Virus record (IMG/VR): IMGVR_UViG_3300030095_006218
Reading direction: 5' to 3' (one strand)
Source of the DNA: an uncultured virus (IMG/VR IMGVR_UViG_3300030095_006218)
Taxonomy: Duplodnaviria; Heunggongvirae; Uroviricota; Caudoviricetes
Length of the DNA stretch: 64,000 nucleotides
The notes beneath the pieces were generated by a model. That model searched no databases and was not told the DNA's origin. It saw nothing but the letters and a program-made list of their open reading frames with translations. The position numbers and the translations under genes were made by a program. This document shows positions 29,701-41,700 of the stretch, one piece after another (positions within the stretch are counted from its first letter, which is position 1; every line of letters starts with the position of its first letter).

Positions 29701-31652
29701 AGTTTTTGTATCATGTACATTTTAGTTGCATCACCAACACGCATTTGAAGTTTATATCTAAACCTTCCATCTTTAAATGTTGCGATATCACCATCGACAA
29801 TAGAAAAGAATCTCATCCCCGGGGCAAAAGCTACCGAGACCTCTTTTATAGAACCTATAAATTCTGCGTTGTCTATTTTTTCTTCCAACTCTTCATCAAT
29901 TTCTTCATCGCCAACAACCTCAAATTTTGACTGATCATATCCGGCAGAACCTCTATAATATTTAACCTCAGTAAGCGAGCCCAATTCTTCTTCGGAAGAT
30001 TGTGCTACAATATATCCGGGCGAAGGTAGTGAAAAGTCACACCTTCGGGGAGAAGCACAGCCAAGGCGTTGTGGACGTGAATTATCATCGGCGTCGTCGA
30101 CACGATGTCTGGTGACTTGTATCGACTGTATTCTAGAATAACTTAAAAGATCCTCTACCAATTCTTCGTTAGTGTTTTCAAGCAATTCACCAAACTGTAC
30201 TTTATCGCGTACTAGTTTAAAATAATCAACCGCAAAAATCATGCGATTATTACCTTTTTCATCGCGCGCAGCCCATAGTGGTGAAATATAACTTTCTTCA
30301 AATCGGCCAAATCTTTGGCCGGGTGCAAACTTGGGTGGCTTAAGCATGTGTGCTGCTTTTGCAGCTTTTCGTCGGCGGACTGCCTTTTGCCTACGTAGAC
30401 GAATACGTTTGGCTTTTTTCATCTTAGCTATACGTGGTGGCGGTGGGGCGCGGCGGCGCCTTCTGGTTTGCTTATTATATTTAAGATTTTTTAATTTTGT
30501 AAAAGTTCTATCATCTTTGATCTTTGTATTGACCACAGTAACTCTTTCTAACTGCGCAGTTTCGGCTAATGTTGCTTTTTGTGCCATAATAAGATTTTTA
30601 AGCTGTCTATAATATTGGCCTGCAATTGTAGTAACGCGCCTTTCATCCCATGTCGACAATACTGTTTCAGCCCTAGCAATTATATTTGTTGATCGAGAGC
30701 GGGTCAGCCTTCTTAAACCATGATAGTATTTACCGGCAATCTTTTTACGATCTCTAACTTTCCATTTTTTTAAAAGTCTGCGATATCCTTTATAAAATTG
30801 ACTTTGCTTTATTAACGCCGATTTATGATATCTTACGGTGCCGTCAATCTGCTCAACTCGAAATACTTTACCGGTGTAGATTTTACTATCAGAGTCATAA
30901 AAAACAAACGCTCTTGCTTGGCTCTTGCTATCATCAATAATAGTTTCAGAAGTGATCTCTCCGTGAATATATTTTAATTCTGGTGATGCTATAAAGTCCA
31001 AATTGTGATCTAATGCCAATCTTGTCGTATCAAGAAAACATACAGCGTAATAAGTTAGATGCTCTGGATTTAAATCTTTCAACTCAAATGTGACAGTATA
31101 TGGTATGTTGTATATTCTGTTTCCATCTTCATCCAATTCAAAGTGTATACCTTGAAGTTCTTTTTGTATGTCTGGTGTGGAAGAGGCAGCGCACGACTGT
31201 TCTTCTTTTACAGAGACATTCTTCATTTTTATTAAATGATCATCCTCTCTTTCTTCGCGCTGCTGTTTGTATAAGCCTGCATCGCCTGCAGAAACATCTT
31301 CTGTAAACAATTCACTATTTGATTGCACTACCTTTATCTTTAAATATTCTGATAGGAAATCGTTAGTATACCATGTACCGTTCATGTCATCATCAAACGT
31401 CTCTTTAAGTAGAAGCTTGATTGTTACTGATAATTGTTCATTCCCTTCTCTTTTTTTAGATAAGTCAAACCCGGGATGTTTTAGTTTTGCTTTGCCAAAT
31501 TCGTTTTTCACCCTAACTGGCGGATTGTTATCGTCAGTATGTGCCCGCTTTTTGCGATCTATCGCAATAGATGGCTCCAAGCGAACTTCGCTAATATACA
31601 CTTTGGGCAGCTTTGTCCCAAATAGCGATAATTTGTCAGCTTGTAAAATCAT
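26724..31652 (-). CDS. Very large hypothetical protein with Arg/Lys-rich and poly-Pro segments
   Basis: 1642-aa uninterrupted ORF overlapping both neighbours. Confidence 0.75.
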   Translation of the reverse strand: MILQADKLSLFGTKLPKVYISEVRLEPSIAIDRKKRAHTDDNNPPVRVKNEFGKAKLKHPGFDLSKKREGNEQLSVTIKLLLKETFDDDMNGTWYTNDFLSEYLKIKVVQSNSELFTEDVSAGDAGLYKQQREEREDDHLIKMKNVSVKEEQSCAASSTPDIQKELQGIHFELDEDGNRIYNIPYTVTFELKDLNPEHLTYYAVCFLDTTRLALDHNLDFIASPELKYIHGEITSETIIDDSKSQARAFVFYDSDSKIYTGKVFRVEQIDGTVRYHKSALIKQSQFYKGYRRLLKKWKVRDRKKIAGKYYHGLRRLTRSRSTNIIARAETVLSTWDERRVTTIAGQYYRQLKNLIMAQKATLAETAQLERVTVVNTKIKDDRTFTKLKNLKYNKQTRRRRRAPPPPRIAKMKKAKRIRLRRQKAVRRRKAAKAAHMLKPPKFAPGQRFGRFEESYISPLWAARDEKGNNRMIFAVDYFKLVRDKVQFGELLENTNEELVEDLLSYSRIQSIQVTRHRVDDADDNSRPQRLGCASPRRCDFSLPSPGYIVAQSSEEELGSLTEVKYYRGSAGYDQSKFEVVGDEEIDEELEEKIDNAEFIGSIKEVSVAFAPGMRFFSIVDGDIATFKDGRFRYKLQMRVGDATKMYMIQKLKELTKAKDEFNAYYGEACLSCNINSQTGKFTPRFIDYLDRRYPKIDSREMLYSEDRLENSIVDAPWITAISVYMDVVNFITNLNDEEGYEKAEQLYVYANPKSATPDSILKVLEVIAEAEEKLRTQIDSSGRARRNRAPGPPRSSSSRAGRKNSIFVKHNFRRLFDSGQIPDAGYDYLGIASDMVEGVKEVTDREFRNRCIQERRKYYSRYMEMMDVSTLGYRPLRNSRLAVVKAVQRAKDNADTIAKAKFAKRANRAKRLRQIFPMGSLDLPPMPPGPAGVVAPPPPPPFAPAPLRLKLITDFRMKTWKDFRKNPDLQAVRQRTSERILKINQHIKDTSLTPREKYALGNLEATEFTYLAPARIKFWNRTLPMLDQGDELFNPRRYNSLSVAMASARHASIFGRNLSPMMPIRPKRAMNMPVIKQEMNFGMMHVLAASGITIQKSVKSLRLRNQPLFQYDEPDDVSLVPSSEVFGTKTLRQLQFPRFHLRKEDNIKEIQKTEPVDFSGLSLVMLRGNRFKNRRRRNKEELELKERMNLFDPKDPDNAIVKRLRRKSTKRRRIETSIYNFDRAASPQERLISKFVTKTSMTSPRKIKSKKVLTRRITEHRLTMLPNQIKSLILGRMSATRINWFDGGYFGNATGEMFKWNYEMLVKVEAFVGFAEDASAYSSLIRSPAWVPLTGDIINMADQPILCRMTEYSNPTFGIDFPEEESDMLIYDRYFLITPTDIEVQSRTVQGVTPVSDNKALRNTAGTAVRASLKHGHRYVVDSEGNGHTSMTMKWFNSQEHETIDHVHEIRNFQVMPQAIYPDKAVKIGGPTKTANPTHVHRISTGQTLNAMRGTRRDVNIPARFDFQKFLVRTKKGYQRIERTQMERIVRKYVRTSSGNYPTMTNYGKQVMKILTKMALTSAHIDPELTRSTKEDISLASAMASEVSAIGQARALDTNTRPGGAPMPPGTTTSTGMGDDGDGGSSGGGGGGTSSGGGGMGY

Positions 31653-32701
31653 TCGTCGTCACATTGCTCCGGCTCTACATCAGATCTATAAATTGTCATT
31701 GGCACATCATTTATATCTGCACACTCAATTGGCGATTCGATTCTAATTCCACTTGATTTGAGGCCATTGACCGCCAAACAAATTTCATTTTCTGGTATTT
31801 GTGCGTCTGACAAAACGTTTAGATAGTATCCAACATAATTAGGTCGCGAGGTAATATTTTCTACGGGCTGAGTGTGATCTAACAGTATACCACCTCGGAT
31901 TTGTTCAGGCTTAGATGGAAATTCTAACGGCACCAAACGTTCTCTTTGAACCTTGGCCACATCAGATAATCCGGGGGTAGAAATTGTACCAGACACATCC
32001 TCTGTTTCGACTAAAAATACTTCTATATCGAAATTTTCATTTGTATAAATTGCGTTCTCTTCTTTAATTTCTAATAAAAATTGTTTACTATTAACATCTA
32101 TAAAAGTTCCATCGCCAAATGTACGAGATATTAATTCAGGTGCTGCGACTTCTATTCTATCACCAAACGATGTTTCTGCGCGCTTGCCTAGAGATGTTTG
32201 GATTGAGGTTTCATACGTAATATCGACATCGATTTGTGGAATTCTTAGAGTTTGGTGCGCGCCTGTAACATACGAAATAGCACCAGAGAGTTCTCCAGCG
32301 TAAAATGTCAACTTCCATGCAGGTGTTCCATCTTTTGACAAATCAGATGTTCCTAACGGTGACGTCAAAGCGAAGTGTTTTTCGGGAGTTGATTGCAAAG
32401 AGATAGTTTCTTTTGCCTCTTCCAAATCATCGCTAGAGCGGATGACTTCATTTATTTTTTGCATCTCGGTTTCAATTCCGTGAAACACATGTTGAGATTG
32501 CAACGCCGGTGTATCTTCTTGAATTCGACCTTCTGTTTCATTTTGCTGTTCTGCGTCACTGGCTCTATCAACATTGTATAAGATGTTGTCATCAAAAAAA
32601 GCGTAGTAAGTCGGTTTAAGTTTGCCAATTGAGAGCAGATACTTGCCGTATTGAGTCAATTTTAAATCAATGACATTTTCTTTTTTATTTAAAAATAGCA
32701 T
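31649..32701 (-). CDS. Tail/baseplate structural protein (N-terminus paralogous to 23277..24230)
   Basis: N-terminus MLFLNKKENVIDLKLTQYGKYLLSIGKLKPTYYAFFDDNILY. Confidence 0.6.
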   Translation of the reverse strand: MLFLNKKENVIDLKLTQYGKYLLSIGKLKPTYYAFFDDNILYNVDRASDAEQQNETEGRIQEDTPALQSQHVFHGIETEMQKINEVIRSSDDLEEAKETISLQSTPEKHFALTSPLGTSDLSKDGTPAWKLTFYAGELSGAISYVTGAHQTLRIPQIDVDITYETSIQTSLGKRAETSFGDRIEVAAPELISRTFGDGTFIDVNSKQFLLEIKEENAIYTNENFDIEVFLVETEDVSGTISTPGLSDVAKVQRERLVPLEFPSKPEQIRGGILLDHTQPVENITSRPNYVGYYLNVLSDAQIPENEICLAVNGLKSSGIRIESPIECADINDVPMTIYRSDVEPEQCDDE

Positions 32702-35700
32702 CTATTCATCATCTCCAGAGCCGGGTGGTGGTGGTGGTCTGAGCATCCCGGGCTGCGGGTAAGAGGCCATGCGATCGCGCATCGCCCTCACGCGGCCGGC
32801 CTTGGCTTTTGCCGCTTTTGCATGTTTAAGACTCTTGCGTTTCTTCTTTCGTCGATATCTCCATATATCGCCGCCCGCTTGTGGTGCATCATCTTCTATC
32901 TCCGAAAATTCTACTTCCGCACTCATTTGCACAAATTCAATCATTGAGAAATAATCGTACGGCCAGTTGTAACTATACTTTGGAGTAACATTTGGCCCAA
33001 TAACTGTCGGTTCATTTCGATCTGATTGATTATCAAATTCAAATGTGGAAATAACTCCGGGTCCGACGACGCCACGCTGTGGATTTGAGCTTCCTTTCCT
33101 CTGATCAGCTATTGTATTCCAATAATTCCATGTACCTTTTTGTTTCACCTTGAATACTAGCCACTGCACCTTGTTAGCAAGTGCTTCATTGTTCCTATTC
33201 TGATAGTAACCCATCAGTTCTTTTTCAAGCAAATCGTGTGAAACTGTGGATCTCCGCTTTTTAGTGCGTGATTCAAAGTCTGGTGCAAGATTCTGCCACA
33301 TGTAGGATAAATCAGTTTGATCAAATACATGCGTAAATTCAAATATATAGCATGCGAATGGATCAACTTCATCTGGGTTATTTATAAAATCCATTGTTGG
33401 TGGGAAAACGTACTTTTGCATTTTTCTAATTTGACGGCGAACTGATCGACCGACCATCCTATCACTCTTAAATGGCGCGGCAGTGCCTTTGTATCTAGAG
33501 CCCAGAACGGTCGCGACTGTTCGTTTGGGAATCTTGAAAAATTGCCTTTCGCCATCTTCTTCAATAAATGGTACTGCAACCACTGCTTCAAACACTCTCT
33601 TACCCTTACGAGTTTTTCCTAGCTTCTTGGCTTCATCAGAGAATCCTAATAGTGTCTTAAGGGAAAAGGCGCGGTCGTGATCGATTGCTGCAAGAATCGT
33701 ACCTTGCTGTCTAGCGTCTGAGTATCCGTATATACGTCTTTTAAGTTTGTCGAACATAAAGGACCATTGTGGATCAAGGCGCTGGGCGTATGCGTCACCA
33801 AGATCAGAAGGAGCTTCGCCGGCGCCCGGTGCTGTTGGCCACTCTGTGGATGCCGTGGAGGGCGCTGGTGCCCAAGTAAAGCCGCCGCCTGATTCATCAG
33901 AGGCTCCGTACAACTCTCTACCGCGTACGCCTCCGCCGTCTACATTGGTGTTAAAGTCTCCTAGTGAGTTTGTTAAGTGGGCGAGCCATGGTATAGTTTT
34001 GTGTCTCGTGTATTCTCCGCATTTCATTCTCAACCATACCTCTGGAATATCATCTATCTGCATGAATATACCGGTATCATCTGAATGCGGAAGTGTGCCA
34101 AACTGGTGCCACATTCCACGGGGAATTGAAGCAGAGATAGAGACTGCTAAATCATCGTTGGGCACTGTCAATGTGCCATCTTCCTGAGTAATTGGGCGCG
34201 GGCATAGGTTGTTAAAGTTGTAGTGTGGAGTTTCCCATTTGGGCTGAATAACCCATCTTTGCGATGTTTGTCTAGGATCATCAGTAACTGTCATAGGCTG
34301 GCCTGTAAATGCATTGTATGTGACCGAATTAACTCTTTCTAGCCCGAATAGATTTAGTGTTGCATTGGCTTGCATTGCGATACCGTTAGCACCAGACAAC
34401 CTCTGGCCCGGGATGTCGGCAGCGCCGGAAAGTGCAGGGTGGCCGTCGCGGGCGCGCAACATTGTTTCCATAGAACCAGTCCAAACAAGCTTGGTATCTT
34501 CAATACGAGTGCAGTTGACATATGCCAAGTCCATAAGCTCTTGTATTGTGTGTTTCTTTGTATCTCTAATTGGTACGATAATATCAGCCCAAGCTTCACC
34601 ATTGTAGTATGGCGGAGTATGAGTCCAGTTGTAACCTTCGAATGAATCTGCAATACGTGCAGCTCCGTCAGCGGTGCCGGATGCTGCAGTTTCTTCACCT
34701 CTTGCTAGTTGCGTAAATGAGCGACCTACAGCTGGAGGCCCAAATGCAGTGGGCCTTGAGTACATAGTCATTGTTTCTTGAAGCTGATGTGGCTGAATTA
34801 CATTGCTAGCTGTAAACTTTAAATCAAAATAGGCGGTTGGATCTTGTGGAACGGGAAAGTCTTGACCTAAATTCGTAACGTAGTATCTGCTGTGGAACTC
34901 GCCATAATCTCGATCTCGGTTCATACTTCTGTACAGTTTTACTCTTGCATAATATACACTTCCAGATGTAAGGTTCAGGTTTAGTTTATTTTCCGGCTTG
35001 GATTTAAGAGACGTCAATCGGCCTCGCGGAAGCCAGAAGTCTGGGACTGCAGCAAAGAAGTTGTGCGCCATGAGCTTATAAAGCGGGTTTGCACCTCCGC
35101 GATACCTCGCATATACGCCCGGGAGCGCGCATGCAACATTTGGTTCGGTATCGATAAGTGTGCGTCCAGTTACATATTTGTCGGGCTCAATGATAGCTTC
35201 GAAGGGAACTCTGTAGGAGAATGGCACGGGGTGACGAAGAACATCATAGACTGGGATCCCAGTTATCTTTTTGAGAGATGGATTTGTTGAGATGATTTTT
35301 TCCGTGGTGCCAACCTTTGTCACTTCGACTCGGCCGAGTGACAGACCGAAAGCATCACATATTTCGCCCTTTGACTTTCCATGGCGAACTTGGATACCAA
35401 CGCCCGGGTCAGTACCTTCGGGAGCAATCCATCCACGATCTGAGTATTCTCCACCGGGAGTGATAGATATAGAACTTGCAGCTGCTCCACCTCCCATGGA
35501 CCCTTCCCATGGGACATTGGCTGCATTTCCGCCGGGAGGATTGCCCCAGTCTATGTTCGATTCCCAGCCGGGGTCGTCGGTCTTTTCAAGGATGGTCGAC
35601 CACACAGGGCCACCATGCCCAGAACCGCTTTCTTGAACAGGCCAGTCAACAGCCATGCCAGATTTAATTGAGTTAAACATAATTCCCGGCGAGAAGAATG

Positions 35701-38700
35701 GCATATGAAATACTCTAAACCCTCCATGAACCGACTGGTATGTTCTATCAATGTTTTCCCTGAAATCGGCTGAACCTTTGTAGAAATCTCGCATATTTCC
35801 AGCAAGCCGGTTTGCCCAATCTCTACTTAATCCGTATTGACCTTGCAACATTTCTTTCGGAGTTATAACATTGGGTCCATTAATCTGCACTCTTCTTTTA
35901 TAAGATTTTGAAAATTGTCTAGACAACTGAATGGCGCGCTCTGCAGGGTAAAAACCCTTATATGGCATAAATTTCATTAGCGCGCGGCATTGCAGAGTAA
36001 TTCCGCTTGGTTCTATAAATCCCTTATGGTCGCTTTCAACGATATCAAAATATTTCAAGAAATCCGACATAGAATAAGTCCTAAAGAAATCTGGCTCTTC
36101 AGAGGTCAGTTTAGCGCCTTCTTGCGTGTATGCGCCGTAAATGCCTAGCATGCGCGGGTTTTCTTTCATAAAGTTTGTTTCGCTGCCGCTAAGATAAAAT
36201 TGCATGTGTTGACTAATTCTAAACTCTGGTATTATTGAGAACGCTTTATTGTGAGGTCGAATTTCATCTGCCCATTGTCCATAGTTGTCTGGGTGAGGCT
36301 GGCGGGCTGATTCAACAAAATCGTGCCGTATCTCATCTTGCTTTTCTTCGAAGAAAGTATTATTAGTTTTAAGGCCATCAAAAATTGGGGCAAATGTCGA
36401 TGTGCGCATTTGACCTCTAGGGATGCCATTAAATATTGGAGATGCGATTGTCGGCATATGTACTTTACCAAAGAATGGTGCGGCGACGGAAGTAAGTGTA
36501 AGAGATGAGGCACTAAGATCTGAATACGGTATTACCGAGGCAGATAGGAAACCGGCTAAACGATTTGCTTCCCAAAGTGCCTGTCCGCCAAATGGAACTA
36601 GTCTTCCAAATGGAGCATCTGGGAACGCCGACGAGCCACTAGTTGTGCCCCATGTTGAATGTATGTTGTGAGAACCGGTTTCCGGTATTGGCATGCCAGT
36701 TGGGCAGACAACGGATGCGGTGGAACATAACGTATGGCGGCGGTTATAAACTGCGCCGGGAATAACCAGCGAAGCCGTTGTTATCGAAACTGGTTCATGA
36801 TCTTCGGCGGGCCCAGTGTCTACGCCATTCCATGATTTCAAACGAAGTTCTGTATCCTGTACACGGTATTTGGCACGATGGACTAGTGTGTAAGAGTTTT
36901 GCAGTTCTCCGCTGTAACAATCTTTACCCGGAAAAACGATTTCGCCCATTGTTCGCTTTTCGGTTGCTTCGACCCATTTGCGATCTAAACCGAGAGCACA
37001 AGTTATGGGCAGCGAATCCATAAATCCAAACTGTGCATCAAGAGGCCAACAACTCTGTGAGGGGAAGTAGTGGCGCGCGCGTAAATTGGCGGTGTCATTT
37101 GCAGGAGTCCCTCTTATGTGCGTAGTATTTCGTATTCCCGCAATATCATTTCTTACATCTCTGTGTGCATGATATGCATTTAATCTGAAATTGGGACGTT
37201 CTCGGATAATCGGAGAGTACATGTTGTACACTGCCGGGAATACCACTTCTTTATACTCTAATGAATTGAAATCTTCAATTGGGGTTTCGTTGCGATCAAA
37301 CGCACCATTCAAATATAGATCGGTAATATCATTGTATCCGTGTGCGAATCGGCGGCGCTCCTTAAACCCTCCTTCATTCATAAGATCATCATTGTCAAAG
37401 AGTACAAAGTCATTAACGAAAGACGCCTTCATTGTTATTTCTTGTTCGACCAAAGAGGTGTCGTCCTCTATAGTTACATTGAATTTAATTGGCTTATACT
37501 TCGATGTAATGACTGTTTCTGGGTATGTCACTACACCGCCGCGGCGTATAATCAACGGCCTACGGCCAGTAATACTTGATGAAAAGAATATTGTTTCGGG
37601 GCGTTTTGTAAGCGGAAACTGTGATGTCTTTCGCCACTTTCTAGCTATTACATGCTCTCCGCCTCTAATTTGTTTCCATGTGTTGAAACCATACTGATTG
37701 CCTCGTTTCCACATAAGGGCGTTGAACATCGCGACTTCGCTCATCCGAGGCTGTGTTCCTCCCCAGCGGATTGGCACCAAAGCTTTGTTTTGAATTATGT
37801 GAGCAGAATGTTCATGTGACGGGTAATCTCCTATCCCCTTACCATAAGAGCTTGAAGGGTGTAGTTCCACATCTGGACCTAAATGGCCCGTAGATGATGT
37901 CATGTTCTCGTATATGTTTAAGTTCAGGTGACTTACAGATGGCATAAAGCTGTCTTTATGGCCAACTTCGCGTACGCTGCTGCTCAATGTTACATGCCTT
38001 TGTGTTTCACCAAAAATACGATAATCGTAGCCGTCGCCGCGGACATATGATCCAAAATCGCTAGCGCTCATAAAGGTTATGTCGCTCTCGTCGGTTGGAT
38101 GTCCGAATGGAATCGTAATGGCAGAAGCAGAAATCCAGCTATAGCCTGACGTAGAGCCGGGGATTGGGCGGCTAACATACCAGTTATCGTAATCGGTAAA
38201 TGCCGCTTCTTCTACGGTTTCGTATGCACCAAGATTGTAGTCTTTGATATCAGCAGCGCGCATATTATCAGTTGGAAACGCGTTGTACTGATTTTTATAT
38301 CGAGTCGCCATATTATAGATTCGATCATTTGTTGAAGAGTCTGAGATGTTGTCTTGGTTTCCGTCTTCAATGACTCCATCGCCCATGCGATACCATGCAA
38401 CAAGGCTAGTATTCGCTGAGTGCATGTTCAAGTTGTATGGACCTTTTTCATCAACAGATGTTGCCGGATGACCGTTTATGATTTCACCGACCTCTGCCGG
38501 TATCAGTACATCGTCCCATATGGCCAGATCTGCAATCAATCCGTTAAAGGAGCGCCTCAGTTTTTCGGTTACGCCATCCTCGACGCAGCCGATATAGCAA
38601 TCCATATCCGTCACGATTCCTTTCCAAATGGATCCATCGGGCGGCTGCGGATATGAATCCATGCTCTCGACTGCGTATTCGTTCCCGTCGATATACACTC

Positions 38701-41700
38701 TTGGTACATTTCTATTATGTGTAGCGTCGTATGTAACAGTAATGTTATTGAACGTTTCGTTATCTGAACTATATGGCAATACACGGTCGACAGTTCTCCA
38801 GCCTGCAATCTTATCATCGGCGTCCGGGGTTCTCCACCTTGTAACGAAATTAATTCTAGCTTTTCCAGAACTGTGACCGCTAACCCAAATTGCAACATTA
38901 TCCATGGAAAAATCTATCAATCTAGATGCGGCGCCGGTGTCGGTGTCGGTAGTGTTGCCGCGATTAGCGACCCAAGCTGAGATTGAAAATTTGCTACCAG
39001 CACCTGTACCAATCAGAGCGTCCCATGTTGTTGACTCTCCAAAGTACATGCCGGCCACGGGATCGGATGTACTATCGGAGGTACCGAGAGATGTATCCCA
39101 TAACACTGCTTTTGTGTTGAAATAGTTGATTTCTCCAGTCAACCTTGGCCTTCTGACACCGTTACGATTGACTTTATGGTATGATGGAAGCTCAACATAG
39201 TCAAGCGCAGTCACCGACCCGTACTTAAGATCGTGTCCGAACTGTCCACAATGACGTGTTAACAGTGCGTGCAGTCCATCGCGGGTACGGCGGTTGGTGG
39301 AGCGTTTGCCAACAGTATATTCATGAGTTGTCAGATGATTCTCCATCCGCATTGTACCGCTTGAAGTTGTGGTCTCGCCGGGCATCGTCATCATGCCTTC
39401 ACCGGAGCCGCCAATAGGAATTCCGTTTCCGGGGATTGTTGCACCGCCATTGTCCATGCGTGGTACCGGACCTCTAACGCCAAGGTTTCTCCATGGAAGA
39501 GCGTTATAAACTGAGTATTCTTCTGAAGCTATGTCGAGGAATCCTCGCGTCATAACTTCTGGTCCGCCGGGAGCAGAGAATCTGCTGGCGATTACAGTTC
39601 TATTTGAAGCTGATATTGTTGCTTCGCCTCGTTTTGGCAATTCGTGAACGTTTGAATACCGGTGGGGTGTATTATTCAAGTAGTTTACCCGCAGCGACCA
39701 ACTTGCGCCGGGGCCGAAGACATCGGCTGCAGGTGCGGGAATAAATGAGTTGCCCAATTTGTTACCGGCATGGGTGTCTCCGGTGTTGGCTTTTACGGCC
39801 ATCAATGTGAGCGGATTTGTAGTCTCTGGGAGGTGTGAAGCGTTCGTGGTTTTGTCATATCTGTTTGGTAATGGCGTGCCGGCATTCTCTTTGAAGAATA
39901 TGTTGTTTTCTTTTCGGCCAACAGTGTGTATTACTTCGTAATTTCTGGTGTAATTTCCGATGATCGTTGAGCCAGTTTTCTGTTGAATATTCCTGATGTT
40001 CAGTGGCCGTTTGGCAAATTCGTCTCTGAAATATGTTGCCCGGGCATGTTGTCTATAGGGATATATGTCTTCCATGGTGTCATCACAATCTGCTGTCGCA
40101 TCTGGTGGTGGATAGTCTGCACCAACTACTGCAATTGCACCTGTGCCGGCTGAGCGCGACATTGTACGGCCGCATTCTTCATCCGGATCAAATTTGCAGT
40201 CTCCCACTAACACCCGCCAAGCTTCGGCACGATTTAAAGGACTGTCAGAACCCTGATTAATTCTCTGATGTCGTGATTGATGGCCACCAACATACATTTC
40301 GGTAAATGGACCTTGCATTGGTATGGCGCCGTCATGAGTTGTAACATCAAAGTGCAAATTTGTCAGTTCGACATTAGGTCGGAAGCCCTCATGTACGTGT
40401 CTATTGTATCCTGTCTTAACAGTAGAGCTGTGAATACTGAACGGCATTGCAAGGCTATTCTTGGTACCATCGTAGTAGTCGGCGCCATAGTCGCGGCCAT
40501 GGGTTACCTTAAAGTAGTGCTTTCTCTTTTGATTTGGTTTGACTGTCTCAGGTGTTAGCGGCTGTACGTCTTCAGCGAATGAAAGAAGCACATTTCTAGG
40601 CAATCTAGTTTCCGGATCTAATGGGCCGTGAGGATATGTAGCGTCGTATGTAAGTTGTCGGTTTTTAAACGGATCATTGTTAATGCCTCCATGAATATTC
40701 ATCGAAGGTGAAGAACGATAGTCAATTTCTAGTTTTCTTGTTCGAACAAGATTTCTTAATGAATATACTGAACCTGAATATTTAGTTCCATCTACTGTTG
40801 ATAAAATTGGAACGCTACCACTATGTTCAGTTGTTTTGATTCTTCTAATTATTTCTCTTGCTGAGTCTACACCAATGACGGATGAAGTCAATGGTATCTC
40901 CGTTCTTAATGCACGATTTCTCCAGAAAACCACATTTTCTGATCCTGCACCGAGTTCAGTTGGATGAGACCAAATACCCGGCGCAGTGTCAGTTACAAAG
41001 TTACCGCGAAACTTTCCTCCGCCGCCGATGTCTCCGTACACTACAGCGTTTTTAAACCGCATTTCATCAATTATTGTAGGATTATCTTCTGTAACTTTAG
41101 CTGCGCGTTCTCCCATTCTCCACCAAGATACCAAATTGGAGACTTCTGAGTGTGTTTTGATATCGAATACTTGACCGCTATTGTAAAGTTCAGATATAGC
41201 GCTGGCGTCAAGATTAGTCTTCCATATACTAACTTCATCATATATGGCATGCACGGTTCTATCGGCCGTCGAAGACCATGTAATTGGTTTAGTGTTGGCA
41301 TTGCGACCACCAATATAACAATTGTCTCCGCCGCCAAAAGTAGTGCCTTGAAATCCGTAGAAATCGCCAGTCCAACTGGTACCATCAGCTATTCGAGTCC
41401 ACTCAGTACCATTAACATATATAACTGGATAATTTGATGTAGACGTTGCGTCATAAGCCACAACAATGTGATTCCACTCATTTAACTTGGGCACGGAATC
41501 CCATGATGGCGCTTTAAATTTAGCGGATCCCGGCCCAGCAAACTTAAAGTTTACTCGAATGCGGGGCTGTTTGATTGAGTCGCTCGTTGTGGCTACGTCA
41601 TAGAAGTGAACATAAAAATCATTAGCAAAAGACCACAGCCACCCTCGTTCTAAACCCGCATCACCTATCACATCGGCTGGTGGGCCAAAATTTTGTGGAT

